Part shown: piece by piece, positions 26,823 to 40,056 of the stretch
Numbering within the stretch: the first letter of the stretch is position 1
Layout: each line of letters begins with the position of its first letter
Source: Adineta vaga
Taxonomy: Eukaryota > Animalia > Rotifera
Length of the DNA stretch: 64,000 nucleotides
Direction of reading: 5' to 3'
Assembly (NCBI GenBank): GCA_021613535.1
Contig: CP075496.1
Span: forward strand, 9,610,001 to 9,674,000
Program-made: the position numbers and the translations under genes
The notes under the pieces: generated by a model
The model's database searches: none
What the model was told of the DNA's origin: nothing
The model's input: the letters and a program-made list of their open reading frames with translations, nothing else

Positions 26823-28861
26823 ATGTTTTCTAGCCATCGAAAGTATATTCTTACAATGATATATATACTTTCTTTGATTCTTACTATCTATCATTTCTTT
26901 TCTACAAATGATTTCTTATTATTATTTGGAAAAAATTCCCTTTCAAATCGTATTTTTTTTCCTTCAACAAGAAAACCAAATTCAACAGTTTGTTCACTTC
27001 GAGGCGATCAATGGATAGTTCTAACAACAATTAATTATCCAACACCAACTATTTATAAACTTCTTCAATTAACTTCTGAATGGCATCTAATAGTTGTAGC
27101 ACAACAACAAACTCCTATTAATTGGCTTTCACATATAAATGGAAACCAATCACGAATTTGGTTTTTATCACTAAATGAACAATATTCTATGGATTATTCT
27201 ATTCTTCAACATTTACCCGATAACTCTCATGCTCGAAAAAATATTGGATATTTAGTTGCTATTCAATGTGGTGCTAAAATAATCTATGAATGTGAAGATA
27301 ATGTTTTACTTGATAGAAATGATATTTATGTATTACCTAAACGTGTTCAACCTAAGCATGTTCCATGGATAAGTTTTCATCGAGAACGATCACCTTTTGT
27401 TAATATTTATGGTTCATTTGGTCAATCATCTGTATGGCCAAGAGGATTTCCCGTTAGTGAACTGAGAAACATAACTGAAGATGGATGGCATTCTGTCATA
27501 CGAAACGATGAAAATAATACCTATGCATACATTCAACAGTGTCTGATTGATGGTAATCCAGATGTGGATGCACTTGTAAGTTGACTTGTTTATTCATTTA
27601 GTCCAATTAAACATGAATCTTGTTACATTAGTATCGTTTAGCTTATCCACTTGCAATTGATCAAATTCGATTTGATCGAAATCAACCATCGATTGTTCTT
27701 CAACCATATACATTCTCTCCATATAATATACAAAATACTATCACTTATTACGAAGCATTTTGGGGTCTTATTTTACCTGTCACAACCACTTTTCGTGTGA
27801 GTGACATATGGCGAAGTTTTTGGGTACAACGTCTTTTATGGGATATTGGTGGTCGACTTCTGTTTGGTACTGCAACTCTAGATAAGATCAACAGCAGTAA
27901 TTCATATATTAAAGATATGGATGAAGAAAATCAATTATATCATCAATCTGGTTCATTCGTTCGTTTTCTTGTGTCATGGTCATCCACATTACCTACACTT
28001 ATAGAAAGGATTCTTCGACTATCAAAAGATATTTCTCAAGCGGGATTTTGGAAATCTGAAGAAATCAACGTAATCAAAGCATGGATAAATGATCTTCAAT
28101 TAATTGGTTATTCATTCCCAACGATCATAGGACCATCTTCGATCTCAAATTCTGTTGTAGAAAAAAGAGCTGCAGTATGTGTTACTGGTCTTGCTGAATG
28201 TGTTCAAGAAGCATGGACTAAAAACCATCATCACATTCGAAATAGTCTTCAAGGTGATATGGATATTTTTCTTTTTCTTTCATCATCCATGGATATTGAA
28301 CCTAACTTACGCATTGATAGAATAAAACAAGCTCGTACTTATCTGAATACAACAGTAACAGTGCTTTATGAAGATCGAGATGTCAATCCAAATATTCCTT
28401 CTGATTGTGAACCAAACTTTATAGTACCTACTTCAACGTATAAAGTTGCTCCTTACTATCAACAACTATGGGCTCTTGCAGAATGTTACAAACTAGTGAA
28501 AAACTTTGAAAAACGTTTTCATATAAAATACCAATTAATGATTCGTACTCGTGTCGATATCGTAGCTAAAGAACAATTTACACTTGAATCTAGCCATTCT
28601 ATTGATATTAATACAACATTACTTGTTCCTCCTAATCGCTTTTTTATTATTCTAGACGATGGCTTTGCTGCTGGACCTATGGAACTTATGCATCATTATA
28701 TGACAAGATTATATAGTTTTAAAGAATGTCCTTCCGATAGAATTTATCATTCCGAACTTTATTTGGCAAGATATTTGAAACGTTTTACAAATGTAACATA
28801 TGATAAAACATTACCCACAGCTGCCGATGCTCTACCACATGGGCCCACAAATTGTCACTGA
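26823..28861 (+). CDS. STELLO/DUF288-like glycosyltransferase fused to a second GT-like domain
   Basis: WIVLTTINYPT, ARKNIGYLVAIQCGA, WPRGFP, PDVDA, FSPYN, FRVSDIWRSFWVQRLLW; intron about 27576-27631. The C-terminal domain has AAVCVTG and YQLMIRTRVD. Confidence 0.8.
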
Positions 28862-29272
28862 TGGACATATTTCGTACAATGAAATAGTGCAGACATACGA
28901 AGAATTTTGTATAATATTTCTTTGATATTGACATTTATTTTGTTCTCTTACTCACGTACGCTATTGAGATTGTTGTGAGAAGAAAGAGAAAAATTGTTGA
29001 CAGACTGTAATAAGCATTACAAATACTTTTTACTAAGTACTTTTAAGGTTCATATAAAAAAAAGAACGAAAGAAACAGCTAACGTGTGCATATATGTGTG
29101 TGTGTGTAGTGTTGTATTGCATTCGTTTTAACAAAACAACAGAAAAATATTGCAATGAAAAATTGAAGGTGCGTATTGAATAAATTATTTTTGTTTTCAA
29201 AACTAGTTTTTTTGAAGAAATCATAGCTGGTAATAATTATTGTAGTATCAAAAGTGATTTAACAAGAAAGTA

Positions 29273-30215
29273 ATGTACAAGAATCTTTTTATTATTCGTT
29301 ACATTCCATATATGGTTTTACGCGATATTTCCAAGATGTTTTCTGTCGCATATAATATGAATACAAATATTTCAAAACACGTGAGCGTTCTTCTATTGAA
29401 TACCAAAGAAATGAACAGTATTCATTTTGTTAATGGAAGTAATCAATTACATCCATATCGATTGTTATCTTCGGGTAAGAAAAAATCTTATTATATTATT
29501 TCTCATTTTAGTTTCCATTTTTTAAGAAATTCATTATCGATATGGCAATGCTAAATTAGAACAGTTACTTCAACAATATCAAGATCATTCTCATGTAAAT
29601 TTATCAGGTGAAGATTTAACTGACGAAGATATGAATACTATCCTTAATGAAGTCATTATCAAAAAGGAATGCAAACAACTTTTACTCGAATCTAATAAAA
29701 TAACATCAATCGGTGTGTCAATTCTTGTTCAAGGATTACATAACAATAACTCATTAAATTATCTCGATCTTTCACACAATCAAATATCTGATGATGGTAT
29801 TGCTACTCTTGTTAAGATTTTAGCAACAAATAATGAAACATTAACAAAACTTGGTCTAGCAAAGAATCAAATAACTGATGAGGGAATGAAATGTCTTGTG
29901 AAATTGATTAAAACGAATCGTACATTGACACAACTTGATCTTTGTTCAAATAAAATAGGTAATGAAGGTACTCGTCTATTAATGAATGCAATTACAAATC
30001 ATCAGTCAACAATTGAAGTTCTTTGGCTTATGAATAATCCATTGATATCAGATGAAAGTGTTGATTCAATTATACAAATGATAAAACAAACTCGGTCATT
30101 AAAACGTCTTTGGATATTCAAATGTAGTTTATCAGAGATAAGCAAACGAAAACTAAAAGCATTAGAACCGACAAAATTGAATTTTAAAGTTTACGTAGAC
30201 AATTGGAAAAATTGA
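29273..30215 (+). CDS. RNase-inhibitor-type LRR protein (start codon uncertain)
   Basis: 28-aa repeats such as LNYLDLSHNQISDDG, LTKLGLAKNQITDEG and LTQLDLCSNKIGNEG; phase-1 intron about 29475-29526. Confidence 0.8.
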
Positions 30216-30279
30216 TGTAATTTTGAAATAAAAACGAGGAATGAACATTCTAAGAGCATTGTATCAATGTTATTGAACA

Positions 30280-30700
30280 ATTTTAGATTGAATTTGGAAA
30301 TATTGAATAATATCCAACTTGAAGTAGACAAGAATCGACATAACCTTTTTTAAAGATGTAAGAGTTTATCAATCATATGTCTCCATTAATGCTAGCAGTC
30401 TAAAAACGATTGATAAATTTGATAGAAGCAATCAAACCATACTGTTCATTACTTGAAAGAATCGGAGCAGAAGAATTATTGCTTAGTTCTTTTGCCTGTG
30501 GTGAATATGGAGAATGTCATCTTCAACTATCGACAAGAATGTCAAACAATTGATCAACTTGAAGAACTTCGATCTGATTTAGAGAATAGACACATATAAG
30601 CATTTCTTGTATGTAAACAACTACTTGATATAAAAAGTAAAAAGTATCGTTATTCACTTTTGTATTAAGAAGCTCATTTTTTGTATCGATTGGTACACTA
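30280..30700 (+). pseudogene. FEM-1-like gene remnant
   Basis: Disrupted frames read SPLMLA, IGAEELL.SSFACGEYG, ECQTIDQLEELRSD and AFLVCKQLLDIKSKKYRYSL, resembling the post-ankyrin region of FEM-1. Confidence 0.45.
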
Positions 30701-32202
30701 TTAAATATAATGTCTGTCGTAGTTGTAGAACTGAAAAAGATGTCCGAAGAATTCGATGATAATCTATATACTCTACTCTTCCTAATTACTTATCAATGTT
30801 GCTCGATATTAATATTAATGCATTGGAGGATTTTATTGAGTAAATATAGATGTATGTCTTCTATTGTTGTAAATCTTTTTTATTAGATTAAGATTCATTT
30901 TTAGATATCCATGCTTACATACTACTCGTCATTTATTGAAATGTGGTGTAGGCATAAAATCGATTAGTAATCTACGAGACACACCAATACGTGTGTTGGT
31001 TCGTAACAATGATGATTATGACATCGAATTTAAATACTAAATAATAGTTAAAGTGTTTGTGTGCACAATTGATTCAACGAAATGTCATTCTGTTTTATGA
31101 TATACTAGTCAGTTCACTTGCTGGTGTTGTGGAAAAACATGGAATATAAATAAATTGATTCATTCGATTATATATTTTAGAGCGTGTCGAGGATGAATGT
31201 AAAAATCATCGATTGTTGTGAGTCTTATATCATGTGCGTACAGATGTGTAAAAGCAAGTTTTCTGTCGACTCTTACATGAGTTGTTGCCTATTTAAGATA
31301 GATCTATCCCATGAATATCATCGGGACTATATTACTTCGATTAAAATCTTATCAAAGTTGGAATGATCTTTTATTACGATATTCTAGAGAAAATATTCAA
31401 CTATCAGAATATATCTTAAACCGTTACAATTCTGTTCGTTTTTTATCATTTTAATTCACAAAATGGTAACGATTCTTTAGTATAGAAGAAAAAGTAAAAG
31501 AATATTAAATTTATTTCTTTTTTTTCCTTATCAATTTATTCTTCCCAATCTACCATATATCCTGTTATACTAATAGATAATTATCAATTAGTTAGCATTC
31601 ACAATTGTCATAATGATATTTCGGTATATATATAGATACTATATATTCGTTCGATGTGACTTAACTATCAAAACAATATTATTGTCCTAATAAATGGAAT
31701 ATATCATTCCATATCGATTATTTCTAAGTGTATAGCACTCAGAAGATTCTACATAATATATTTTCTTACTAATACTGATGAGAAAATACTTCTCTGATGA
31801 CTTTTTTATGTGTTTTTATTACAATCAGAAGAAAAGAAAGTTCTAGGTAAAGGCAATTATTTTAAGTTACTACAAAATTGTCAAATTCTAGAACTTGATT
31901 ACTAGAAATTCTCTTACGAACATCTCGTAAATCAAGATTATCATTGGATTTTATTATGAAATGTTACTTAAATTCAATACACGTTTTGAAAGATTTTGTT
32001 GTTAAGAAAAGAAAAGCAATTAAATAAAGTAATAAATATACTCTTGGTCGATTAAATCTGTGTAGATCGTTTTTGCTGACGGTAATTAATGCTACAATAA
32101 ACTTTTTTTTCTATCAGAAAAATTAAAACAATATATATATATAAGAAAAGGTTACTGTTAAGTTAACACTATATTCAGTTTTTTATATTCCTGTTTCCAA
32201 AG

Positions 32203-33341
32203 ATGTTGTTATTATATTTTCTTCTTTTACATTTCAACAACATACAATTAACTTCTCAGGTTACATATTCATGTGATTTCACTGTACCATGCGGATGTTC
32301 AGCTAGTTATGCTTCGGTATCGAAAATTGTTGGAGGCGAAAATGCATCTGAAAATACATGGGGATGGGCTGTCTCTCTCTCCATTGATGATAGTTGGATG
32401 TGTGGTGGATCATTGATATCAAGTTCTTGGATTCTTACTGCTGCACATTGTGTTTTTGAGAGTCAAAATGCAGAAATTTTCGTATCTGCAGCATCAAATG
32501 CACTATATGGTGCTCAACAGTGGCGATATGCATCGTCTGTTATTGTTCATCCACAATATGATGAAAATTCGCTAGTAAATGATATTGCTTTGATTCAAGT
32601 GTCATCACCATTTAATATGACAGATCCACGATTATCTCTAATATGTTTACCAGTAGCAACAACAAGTGATTATCCACCAGTAGGCTCAACAGTACGTACA
32701 TTATAGGGCGAAGAAAGTGTATTTAAGAATAATGTCTGATTTATTGATTTGTTTGTTTGCGTTAGGTTGTTGCTATTGGATGGGGACAGGTGAGTGAAAC
32801 AGGACCAACATCTAAGGCACTTCAACAAGTGTCATTACAACGTATTCGATACGAAAGTTCTTCGTGCCGGCCGATAATCAATAACAAAACAATGCAAATT
32901 TGTGCTGGTGTTTCTGGAGGTAATAAAGGTAAACAACTATTGTGTAACATATATTATAGTACAATAATAAAGTCATTCTTGTTGAATATAGATACATGCT
33001 ATGGTGATTCAGGTGGTCCACTCATGTTTTTCACAGAAAGTAGACAATGGGTTATAGTTGGTCTCACATCATATGGATATGAATGTGCAAGTCGAACTTA
33101 TGCAGGTATTTATACGCGTATGACTTTCTATCTAGATTGGATTCGATCCATGAATGTCACGGATGCAGTAACTGCTAATACAATTACAACAACTGTATCA
33201 TATAATAATTCAACTTTGATAGGAACATTGGCAATGCAGGAAACAAATTCAAAAAATAATAGCTTATCTTTTTATCAAGGTGCCTATTTACTATTCATTG
33301 CTATCCCTATACTATTTTTATCGATTATTTTTGAATTTTAA
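32203..33341 (+). CDS. Trypsin-like S1 serine protease with signal peptide and GPI-like tail
   Basis: KIVGG, TAAHC, NDIAL, GDSGGP; two introns; S/T-rich stalk followed by YLLFIAIPILFLSIIFEF. Confidence 0.92.
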
Positions 33342-33537
33342 TTAATAAAAAAACATACTGATTAAAGAAAGCAACTTCTTTTTGCCAAATAAATATTCTT
33401 GTTTCTTAAATTTACATATTTCTCACCTTAATTGTAAGTATCATATGAAGATAAAAGTAAGTATTCAAATATCATATCTCTTTCTTACAAGATACCGAAA
33501 AGAAACACCATTAAAATATTTTTTTTAACTAATAACA

Positions 33538-34166
33538 ATGCAATGTAACACGTGTAGATGCAACCTTTTACATAACAATTGTGTACTAGTAGAGGATATT
33601 CAATTTTGCTTCTCATGCTTTGTAGAACAGTATGTGAATTTGAATTTATCACAAATTACATGCCAATCATGTGGATTTAGACAATCGTAATCAGAATCAA
33701 ATCTTTTGATTTATAGTTTTATTCGATAAGTTTGTTTAGAATTGCGAAGAGCAATCAAATACATTCATCTGCCAGTGAGAATCAAGTGAGAACTGGATCA
33801 GAAAAAGGTAAGTGTTTTTTATGAAAGGGTGATCGTATGTAATATTTCTGTATTTAGTGATGGATGAAAGAGACATCCGAACGCCATTCTCTGAAGTCGA
33901 AAATTTCAAGTATGAAATGAAGTATTGAGAAAAGATTTTATTTTAAGAATTCATTTAGGTCAAGACGATCACGTTCGTCGAAAAGACATCTTCAGACATG
34001 TCAAGTATGTTATGATTCAAAGTCATCACGACATTTCGATTCTATTGTTGGTCACAATTGTCGTCAATCAATACGATCTATATGTAATACATGTGTTTAT
34101 CAACATCTTCAACAAATATTTCAAGAAATATTAACAGATGATATTCGTTGTCCTGAACTAAATTGT
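33538..34166 (+). pseudogene. 5' part of an RBR (Ariadne-like) E3 ligase gene: N-terminal Cys cluster and RING1
   Basis: MQCNTC..FCFSC..CQSC, then CQVCYD..HNC..ICNTCVYQHLQ..DIRCPELNC. Similarity ends abruptly at 34166. Confidence 0.65.
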
Positions 34167-37100
34167 AAAAGAAGCTTGAAGATGATATAACAAGAAAAAC
34201 ATACGATGAGTGCAGTGCCACCTATCTTTATAAACTTTGTTCGACGATAGATGAATATGAAAGAAAGAATTAATAATTCATTTGGGTGTATTGTTCTTCA
34301 TTTTATCATATTTACTTTCTTCAAATCCATTGTTTAATCACAACAAAGAGTTCGACAACGATGAAAGTAGGCTCTTTCGCATTTTTTTAATAGCAAAAAA
34401 CTACAAATATTTGTCTTTAATTTAATTAATAAGGGCTTTTTACATTCGCTTCAGACTTTTTCAAAACAGTTTTAGCATATTCATTAACATTTACAATAAT
34501 TGAATGATACGATAGCATCGCATACACGATATCGAGCCCCACTTCAAGCGTTTAATATTGCTAATCTTAGTGTGAGTTGAATGTGTATCATTGCTCAAAA
34601 AAATGATGTGCTAATAACTAACGTTCTATACCAAAGACTTTTGAAATTGTATAAAAATCATTTTATAAAGCTGTCTTATTCTTTTAGAATGTGTTTGTCC
34701 CTGATCCATTACTGACAGCATCCCATATTTGCCAGGTTGCAAACAAAAATCTGACAGTTCGTATTCGAAATCTAGAAACAGATATTCGTCAATTACGAAG
34801 ATCGTATGGCGAAGTAGATGCTGACAATCAGGATTTGAGATCGCAATTAGAACATTTGAAAATAGCTTACGATGATGATTCCTGAAGCAGTATACCATGA
34901 TTTTCCTGCTGAAGCCTTCAGGAAGCGCACTGGTTCCGACCTGGGAATATGTTCAATATTCAGAAGATTCAAAATGAAACTAACGATAACTTTTTTTGGT
35001 ACATAACGAAATGCTTTTTCAATTATTACTGTTGCTTTATCAAATAAACATCTTCAACTGTACATCTTAAATAATAGGATTTTATACATTTAACTCACTC
35101 ATAAAGAACACACCAAAAATAAAATAATTTCGTATTGAACAGTTTTTGTCAATATTTCAAATTTGTATTAGATTTTGCTGCACATTGAACTCAATTCTGA
35201 AATAAATCATTGCGTGTCTTCTTAAAAATTGTGTTTCTTGATATACCATGACAAAAGAAGTGTCCGTCGAAGAGTAGAAATAGGTGTTGAACGTTTTTTT
35301 TGGCTTAACAGGATGTTTGTATTCATGAAGACTGTAGTACGCATATTTTTTTCGTAATTCATTTCTGTAATGTAACACCTTAACATTTGTACGAAACAGT
35401 AGCTTCTTTGTATTTTAAAAGTTCCATTAGAACAACAAATATTTTATGAACGATTTTAAACGAAAATCGTCTGGTTATAATAATAATAATGTTGAGGATG
35501 CAAACAACTTCTACGACACAATTCCTTTTGTTTATCTTGATTAAAAAATGTCAAGTGGATAAATAAATAAAATACTTTTTCTTATTTATATAGCTATGGA
35601 AATGGGAACGCATAAGTCGAATCTTTTTTAAGATTTTTTCTATTTGTTGGTACTTAGGTTGGAAACCCGGAATTTCGGTCCATTTCTTAATTTAATTAGA
35701 TTTAACTAATTATCAATTAGTAACTTCATAGTGCTAAGCAGTATGACATAGTGCCGAGCATACCTTGCTTTTCAGTTACTAGGTTTCAACAATATCGTAG
35801 AAAGATATAGATAATCATCTAAGCTAAAATTGACATGTACTTACTTAATTCCACAAAGCAATTTCTCTATCAAACAATTAAACCATATGTACATATATTA
35901 TTCAGAAAAACAAAACGCGTAACGAACAATACTTTTGTATGATAAAAATGTACTCGTTTTATTAAGCGTTGTATCATTTATTTCATCTATTTTTCCAATA
36001 TAAATGCGAAAGAATCTTAAAATTAATCAAGTATTTCTAATAATAATTTTACCACTAAAACTACCAATTCTTGAAGAACTTTGTATTATACTGCTTAGCA
36101 AGATGATTCTCTTGATATTCATACTGCTCAGCACTATGAATTTACTAATTGATAATTAATTAAATCTAATTTAATTAAGAATTGGACCGAAATTTCGTTG
36201 ATTTTTCGTCCCTGGATCGAAATGTCATCGGAATTTCGGACTGGGTCGAAAGTTTGGAAAGAAAATTTTCTGGACCGAAATTGATGAAATCCGTCGTTCA
36301 AACAAAAATTCAGATTGAAATAAATGAACTTGTTCATCAAGTGTTGCTTTTCGATTATTATTATTATCTACAATTCCTTCGAGTCGGACAGTAAAATTAC
36401 GTAAATTTGATGAATATGACGTTAGTAATTATTTCCATCGATTGGCTTTCATACATATAATATCTGATGTGATGAATAAAATTTTAAAAGGAGGAAAATG
36501 ATTGATAAGAAATTGTTCGAACATATCAACTGCTTCGAATTTGAATTTAAAAGATGCATATGTCAAATTAACCAACATCATGTCATATAAATTTGGTTGT
36601 ATAGGACCATATTGACTTAATAAATGTTGCTAATAAATAACGAAATTATGGAGCATATGATAATAAACAAATCAATTGATCAAAATAGATTGAATTATCA
36701 ATGATTAAATATTCGATTGAACTATATCAGAAAGTCATACTGTATTTTATATATTTCGGAAAGTAGAGGCAATTGATCTCAAATTGTGTAGAGGGGAAAT
36801 AATATGAAAGTGTTCCACAATAAATTTTTAATGTTGAGAAAATCTGAAACAAAACGTAGTTTCTCGTAAGATTAACGTAAGATACGATCAACTGAGGATT
36901 AAATAGGTTTCTAAAGAAAATCAATCGAATCTTCTAGAAGGTCTTCTATTGTAAAACTATGTATTTACATAAATGAATAGACAACATTGTTCTATAGAAG
37001 AATAAAATAAAAGGAATCTACCGAAAGACGGTATGAGAAGGATATATCACATGGTGCTTTAAACAAATTACGTTCAAAGACAATAATCAAAAAAACATTA

Positions 37101-38384
37101 GAACATTTATGCTAATTAAATGAAGATAGAGTTGCTCTAATAAATTACTGGTTATGTCCATGAATAAGAACAAATGAGTGGAAATATAGATGAGATTTAC
37201 GAAACGTTAGTTTTTAATTTTGTTCTCACTGCAAGTCTACACATGGAAGTTTTTATCTGGAAACATTCAATATTAAAAAAATAAAGAAAAAGAATTTTTT
37301 TAATTTTTTGTATGGATTCAATAGTTATTTGCCTAATTATGACAACGGATAATATCCGTTTACGATCGATTATTTTAAAATTTACAGGCTTGTCTTTGAA
37401 TGACGTTTGATAATGTCTTCATTTTTATCTTGGTTATGATGCAACACTCGTTTGAACTCTAATTGTTTGGATGCTGTGAAATTGTTCAAAGGTTACAGGT
37501 AAATATTATATGAATTCGATATTTTTACAAATATATTTAGAGCATTTCAATCAAAACAGATGAAATCAAACCAGACAAAGTTTTTGATTAATTTCGCCGT
37601 CTCTTTTCGACTAATGTTAAATATTATTTGTTAATTCATGTCATATATAATCCTATCTTTAATAAAATACCAATATTATATGAACCAAAAATTTCCATTT
37701 AGTATAAATATGGCAATTATATATTTCCTCAATATATTCATAGTCAAAAAGTCAGTGATCATTATGTCATGATATATGCATCGAGGGTATAGTTTAGAAG
37801 AATGTTTATGACAATCGATGGATTTAGAAATGCAGTAAAGACTTGCGACGCACTCAGACATTAAACTCAACTCTATTACGAGAAATATTCAAAATAAAGT
37901 TCGGAAGTATATTGTGCTACGTTTTCAATCAAAACATAATGCTTAACAAATAATTTGCCAGTAGTTTCCAAAAGATCAGCGAAGGAAATGAGTGCAGCAG
38001 ATCCAGTAAAAGTCTTATTAGATGCGCCGACAGTTGTCTTTCTTCATCATATCCTTTGCATTATTCAAACGTTTTTATGAGACATTATTTTGAGCGTACA
38101 CATTTTCAGAAGATGCGATATAACACACATCCAACTTCGCGAATAACTGATAAACTATGGTGCATTTCAAGTACGCAATTTCAGTTTCTCGGACATATAC
38201 AAATCAATCGGTTAGATGCACAGCCATCTCTCACACTCCCAACTCAACAGTATTCAATAAAACGCGCTATCACACGACTAATACGATTTCAAAACACAAT
38301 AAACATTTATTTTTCCACCCATCAGTTTACTCTAAAAAAATTCTCCAGAAAAAACACTAACAAGCAATGTCCACTGAGCCCTAA

Positions 38385-40052
38385 CTATAATTTCACCCTG
38401 TTTCCTAAAACACGTCGAAGGTATTCTGCTCCGTCTTCCCCGATTCCATTGCCCTGGACATTTAGTGCGGTGAGTGTCTATAAACGATAGAGAGACTATG
38501 GATGTGTGAATTAGGTGAACCGTGACTGAATATTACCGTGTTTGTTAGCAGGACATCACCAATATGTTGTGCTCCTTCTTCCCCGATTTCATTGCCTCCG
38601 AGGTCTAGTGTGGTGAGTGCCTATAAACGAGAGAGAGACCATAGATGTGTGAATTAGGTGAACGGCCACTGAATATTACTGCGTTCGTTCGTAAGGCTTC
38701 ACCGATATGTTGTGCTCCTTCTTCGCCGATTCCATTGCTGCGGAGATTTAGTGTGGTGAGCGTCTATAAACGAGAGAGAGACCATGGATGTGTCAATCAG
38801 GTAAAGAGCGAATGAATATTACCGTGTTTGTTCGCAAGGCATCACTAATATGTTGTGTTCCTTGATCACTGATTTCATTGCACGCGAGATTTAGTGTGGT
38901 GAGCGTCTATAAACGAGAGACAGACTATGGATGTGTGAATCAGGTGACGAGCGACTGAATATTACCGTGTTTGTTCGTAACGCATCAAAAATATGTTGTG
39001 CTCCCTGGTCGCCGATTCGATTTCTCCACAGATTTAGTGTGGTAAGTGTCTATAAACGCGAGAGAGACCATGGATGTGTGAATCAGGTGAAGAGCGACTG
39101 AATATTACCGTGTTTGTTCGCAAGGCATCAACAATATGTTGTGCTCCTTCTTCGCCGACTTGATTGCACGCGAGATTTAGTGTGGTGAGTGTCTATAAAC
39201 GATAGAGAGACCATGGATGTGTGAATTAAATGAACGGAGACTGAATATAACCGTGTTTGTTCGCAAGGCAATGCCAATATTTTGTGCTCCCTGGTCGCCG
39301 ATTCCGTTTCTCCACAGATTTAGTGTGGTAAGTGTCTGTCAATGAGAGAGAGTGTGTGTGGATGTGTCAATTAGGCGAAGAGCGAATGAATATTACTGCG
39401 TTCGTTCGCAAGGCTTCACCGATATGTTGTGCTCCTTCTTCCCGGATTTCATTGCCTCCGAGGTCTAGTGTGGTGAGTGCCTATAAACGAGAGAGAGACC
39501 ATAGATGTGTGAATTAGGTGAACGGCGACTGAATATTACTGCGTTCGTTCGTAAGGCTTCACCGATATGTTGTGCTCCTTCTTCGCCGATTCCATTGCTG
39601 CGGAGATTTAGTGTGGTGAGCGTCTATAAACGAGAGAGAGACCATGGATGTGTCAATCAGGTAAAGAGCGAATGAATATTACCGTGTTTGTTCGTAAGGC
39701 TTCACCGATATGTTGTGCTCCTTCTTCGCCGACTTGATTGTACGCGAGATTTAGTGTGGTGAGTGTCTATAAACGATAGAGAGACCATGGATGTGTGAAT
39801 TAAATGAACGGAGACTGAATATAACCGTGTTTGTTCGCAAGGCAATGCCAATATGTTGTGCTCCTTCTTTGCCGATTTTAGAGCCTCCGAGATCTAGTGT
39901 GGTGAGTGTCTATAAACGATAGAGAGACCATAGATGTGTCAATTAGGTGAACGGCCACTGAATATTACCGTGTTTGTTCGCAAGGCATCAGCAATATGGT
40001 GTGCTCCTTTGTCGCCGATTTGATCATCCTCGAGGTTTAGTGTGATGAGTGT
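38385..40052 (-). CDS. RI-type LRR gene segment: eleven 84-nt phase-0 exons plus a terminal exon; 5' end not identified
   Basis: Exons 40052-39969, 39909-39826, 39766-39683, 39623-39540, 39480-39397, 39335-39252, 39192-39109, 39049-38966, 38906-38823, 38763-38680, 38620-38537, 38477-38385 (TAG). Each encodes about TLTTLNLxxNxIGxxGAQHIxxALRTNT with no stops, and all introns are GT-AG. Confidence 0.88.
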
Positions 40053-40056
40053 CTAT
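38420..40056. repeat. Tandem repeat with a 143-bp period (84-nt exon + 59-nt intron; one intron is 61 nt), 12 copies
   Basis: Recurrent ctataaacgagagagagaccatggatgtgtgaat..gaatattaccgtgtttgttcg at a 143-bp spacing. Confidence 0.95.

Noticed and set aside
34500-35500. Coiled-coil ORF 34691-34885 and ORF 35157-35378 as possible transposon genes
   Set aside because: No recognisable transposase motif or paired terminal repeats; cannot be assigned without a search.
38056-38490. 144-aa plus-strand ORF
   Set aside because: Low-complexity, C-skewed flank overlapping the antisense of the last LRR exon; no motifs.
38420-40056. CRISPR-like appearance of the regularly spaced repeat
   Set aside because: The variable parts are homologous 84-nt LRR exons bounded by GT-AG; there are no unique spacers and no cas genes.
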